A stretch of 63,879 bases of DNA, filler included, from Perkinsus chesapeaki ATCC PRA-425 (lineage: Eukaryota; Protista; Perkinsozoa): NCBI GenBank assembly GCA_013115145.1. It is 11 parts of 11 records of this genome, joined end to end, with 100 filler letters (N's around TTAATTAATTAA, not from the genome) between each part and the next. Parts side by side here need not be neighbours in the genome. Positions count along the whole stretch, not along the records: positions 59,256 to 62,624 come from JAAPAO010001420.1; positions 62,725 to 63,879 come from JAAPAO010002143.1; 9 more parts are not named here. The stretch is one strand, 5' to 3'. The position numbers and the translations under genes are program-made. The first letter of the stretch is position 1, and each line of letters starts with the position of its first letter. Positions 61,270 through 63,879 of this stretch are shown here, piece by piece. The notes beneath the pieces were generated by a model that saw only the letters and a list, made by a program, of their open reading frames with translations, had not been told where the DNA came from and did not search any database.

Positions 61270-62724
61270 AACCGTTTCATTGACAGTTTTATGCCTATAC
61301 TTGTCACGAGAAAATTTTAGCGCGTGCCCAGCGTTCGATTTTGATATGCAACTGTCACGAAAGAGGATATACATGTTATGAGTAGTCGATTCAGTGCATT
61401 TTTCCCGTCCAGTCCATTCCCAATACTTCCTGGCAGGGAGTCCCTGCTAGCAGAGATTCGTGCTATTCGTCCGTCGCTCGGCGATAGAACATCTACTGCT
61501 TCGATGGCAGGGCAGAGTGTCCCACAAGGCACATAACAGTTCTTTCTTGCTCGCATTCGAGTACTTAAGTTCTTGAATTACCTTCTACGCTCATGAACAG
61601 ACCCCATCTAGAGCCCTGTGCATTCAACTAGGCAATACTAGATCTAAACGGACCCAAATGCGAAAGCGATTTCACAGCGCGTGTGACTGAACAGCCGTTT
61701 CATCAAAGAAACGGTTGATCGATTTAGGTTCCGTGCCACCCCAGAAATCTCCATTTGTTTGGGCCCTTCCTATATGAAAACCATCATGTAAGTTCACCTG
61801 GGTGTCTCAAACTCGTACTGCGAACTTCGACTTCTCCAAAAACAAGGTTTTTACAGCTTAAGTAAATCATTTCTGTGAGTAGGTCATAATGTCGAATACT
61901 TTCGAGAACCGCAAGAGATGTCCAACTTGGCGCTGCTGTTAAGGCTGCATTACTCGGCGAATCAACTTTCAAACCCAACAAGCAAAGTCGGTCAAGTGAC
62001 CTCTCCACAGCTTAAAACTGCCACCTCCGCTGGTTTAGCACATTTTCCCTGTCTCTTTCTTTCTGATATGCCATGCGATCTCTAAGGGAGTGAAGTATGT
62101 ATTCCAGTCGCTAGGGGAAACTCTAGTAGTAGCTGATATACTCCTTGTTTAACTAACTTTCCAAAAACCCACAGTTTCGTTTAATTTCACGGTGTGTACC
62201 AACGGTAAATCATGCAAATTGAATGATAAGGACCACTGAGCCATACCGAAGCTATTCTAAGGTATGGGTTTCCTTCAAGGGAAAGATATCGCCTCCTTCG
62301 TGACTGTTGCAGGATGTTTGGTATGCCTTCTTCGTTCTTCGTCTCTCAAGCTGTAGACAAGGCCCTCGGTAATTCGCTCGACGTCAAAGCATTAGTGTTA
62401 GCCTTTCGTGCTCACTCGCCCCCACGTACGTCCTTCTCCACGCCTGCCAGACCATCGGGTGGCAACTCCAGTTTACATCCGTCGTACAACTCCTCTCCCA
62501 GTAGGAGGGGTGAGTATCATATCGTACAGTGCAAGCTGGTACATAGCCAAGCTCGTACGCAGTTAAACTGGTACAAACTTATTTCGTACAGCATAAATTG
62601 TTTCAGTGTCATGTCGTACAGTTGNNNNNNNNNNNNNNNNNNNNNNNNNNNNNNNNNNNNNNNNNNNNTTAATTAATTAANNNNNNNNNNNNNNNNNNNN
62701 NNNNNNNNNNNNNNNNNNNNNNNN

Positions 62725-63874
62725 CCTTTTTCATGTCATCCGGTGAAAATGTTGTCTTCACCGTCTCTTCCTTGAAGCTTCTCATCGTTACTACCCACAC
62801 CGAGGCAAACTGTTTCGCCCATTCCTCCAGACTCCCTTTATTATAGTGTTCCTTGTGGGACTGACTTCTGTTGCTTACCGGGTCGGCTAATTGGTAGACC
62901 TTATCGGAATCTCTACCGATCCCCGCTGACTCTTGTGTTCTGCATTGGTCTCTTATGATGTCCATCAGTGTTATCTCTTCTTCCTCCCAATCTCGGGTCG
63001 TGACTATCCTATTTGTGAAAGGGAACATAGATGCCCAATCTTTATCAATGGCTGAGGAGTAACTCCTCGTAATTTCTCTGTAGACCCTCTTGGTCTCTTT
63101 TATTATTGCTTCCCTGTCCTTCTCTGGAAGAAGGCTGACAATCCGCTTGACAATCCGTTTGTGCTCCCCCGGGTCGGATGATATAGCTTCCGCCAGACGG
63201 TATACCCTCTCGCTGGCCTCCAGGAAGCGATCAATGTCTCTGGGACCCGTGTACTTGAGAGCCGCTAGATCATGAGTGATCTTAGCCGCCAATGTAGATT
63301 TGCGGGCGAACCGGTTCAGCAAGTGGTTCCGTATCGTCCTCCAATCCCATTTGGATGACACCACTGCATCACGAGCACTGTCACTAAGTGCTCGTGTTTC
63401 TTCAGAGTCACCGAGAGTGTCTATCAGACGCTCTACCACGGTGATTTTCAGTCGAGTGATGGGGCAAAATATACCATCTCTCGTGAAGTCCCCCGCGCCA
63501 GACTCGACCAAAATCGCTTCACACACTTGTAGATGGCTTCGAAGCCCGACTACGCTACGACATTTCGGTAAGACCAAGTTCGAAACAAGTTCAGCTGAGA
63601 CGCCTTCCCCCCGATTTCTCACCTCCTGGTTCTTCGTCTTCTCGCTCTCCATCAGCTCGGATTCCAGAGAACGGATAGTAGCTTGACACCGTACCGTCCG
63701 TACCGTACCACCTTGTAGAGGCTGTTGTCGTACCGGTAGTTTGGCGTTCTGCTCATCGTCGGTCTCTGTCGTCCCCAGTCTTGTAGCTGTCTCCATCACC
63801 GTGGGTTTGCAGTCGTTATCAGCTTTGATAGTTGCTGTGCTTATAGATAGAAAAGGTTTCATACCAGAAACCAT
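62725..63874 (-). mobile_element. Gag-like ORF of a probable LTR retrotransposon, truncated by linker and window end
   Basis: Intronless ORF of more than 380 codons with a coiled-coil start and a helical capsid-like segment WDWRTIRNHLLNRFARKSTLAAKITHDLAALKYTGPRDIDRFL. No pol is visible. Confidence 0.55.
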
Positions 63875-63879
63875 CGAGC

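Noticed and set aside
60807-61283. 158-aa ORF with IKLRVGAYVRL, weakly like the Pif1/Helitron LKVGxPVML motif
   Set aside because: No Walker A or other helicase motifs; non-ATG start; the ORF runs through the perfect palindrome.

Overview
Eukaryotic, intron-rich protist DNA, most likely Perkinsus (Perkinsozoa, Alveolata). That call is an inference from the many 25-60 nt GT-AG introns, a relict dinoflagellate/Perkinsus-type spliced leader and the gene families present. The window is not one contiguous locus: it is 11 contigs joined by 100-bp N/TTAATTAATTAA/N linkers, so adjacency across linkers is uninformative. Recognisable genes: two papain-family cysteine proteases, a TMTC-type O-mannosyltransferase with TPRs, a GH20 beta-hexosaminidase, a mucolipin-like channel (3' part), a DUF229-like protein with one in-frame TAG, an amino-acid transporter (3' part), a TM + RING-H2 ligase, an intronless subtilisin, the C-terminal half of SMC4 and several lineage-specific secreted proteins. 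Mobile DNA: two different Mutator-like (MULE) transposases, a decayed hAT transposase and Gag-like ORFs. The strongest unexplained signal is a stereotyped 22-bp motif N1-[6mer]-N8'-[revcomp 6mer]-N1'-[6mer]-N8, found in 13 perfect and 5 one-mismatch copies, each with a different sequence. Its geometry is what hAT-type hairpin excision of an 8-bp target duplication followed by microhomology joining predicts. No rRNA, tRNA or CRISPR array was recognised. All exon structures and counts were derived by eye and need computational confirmation.
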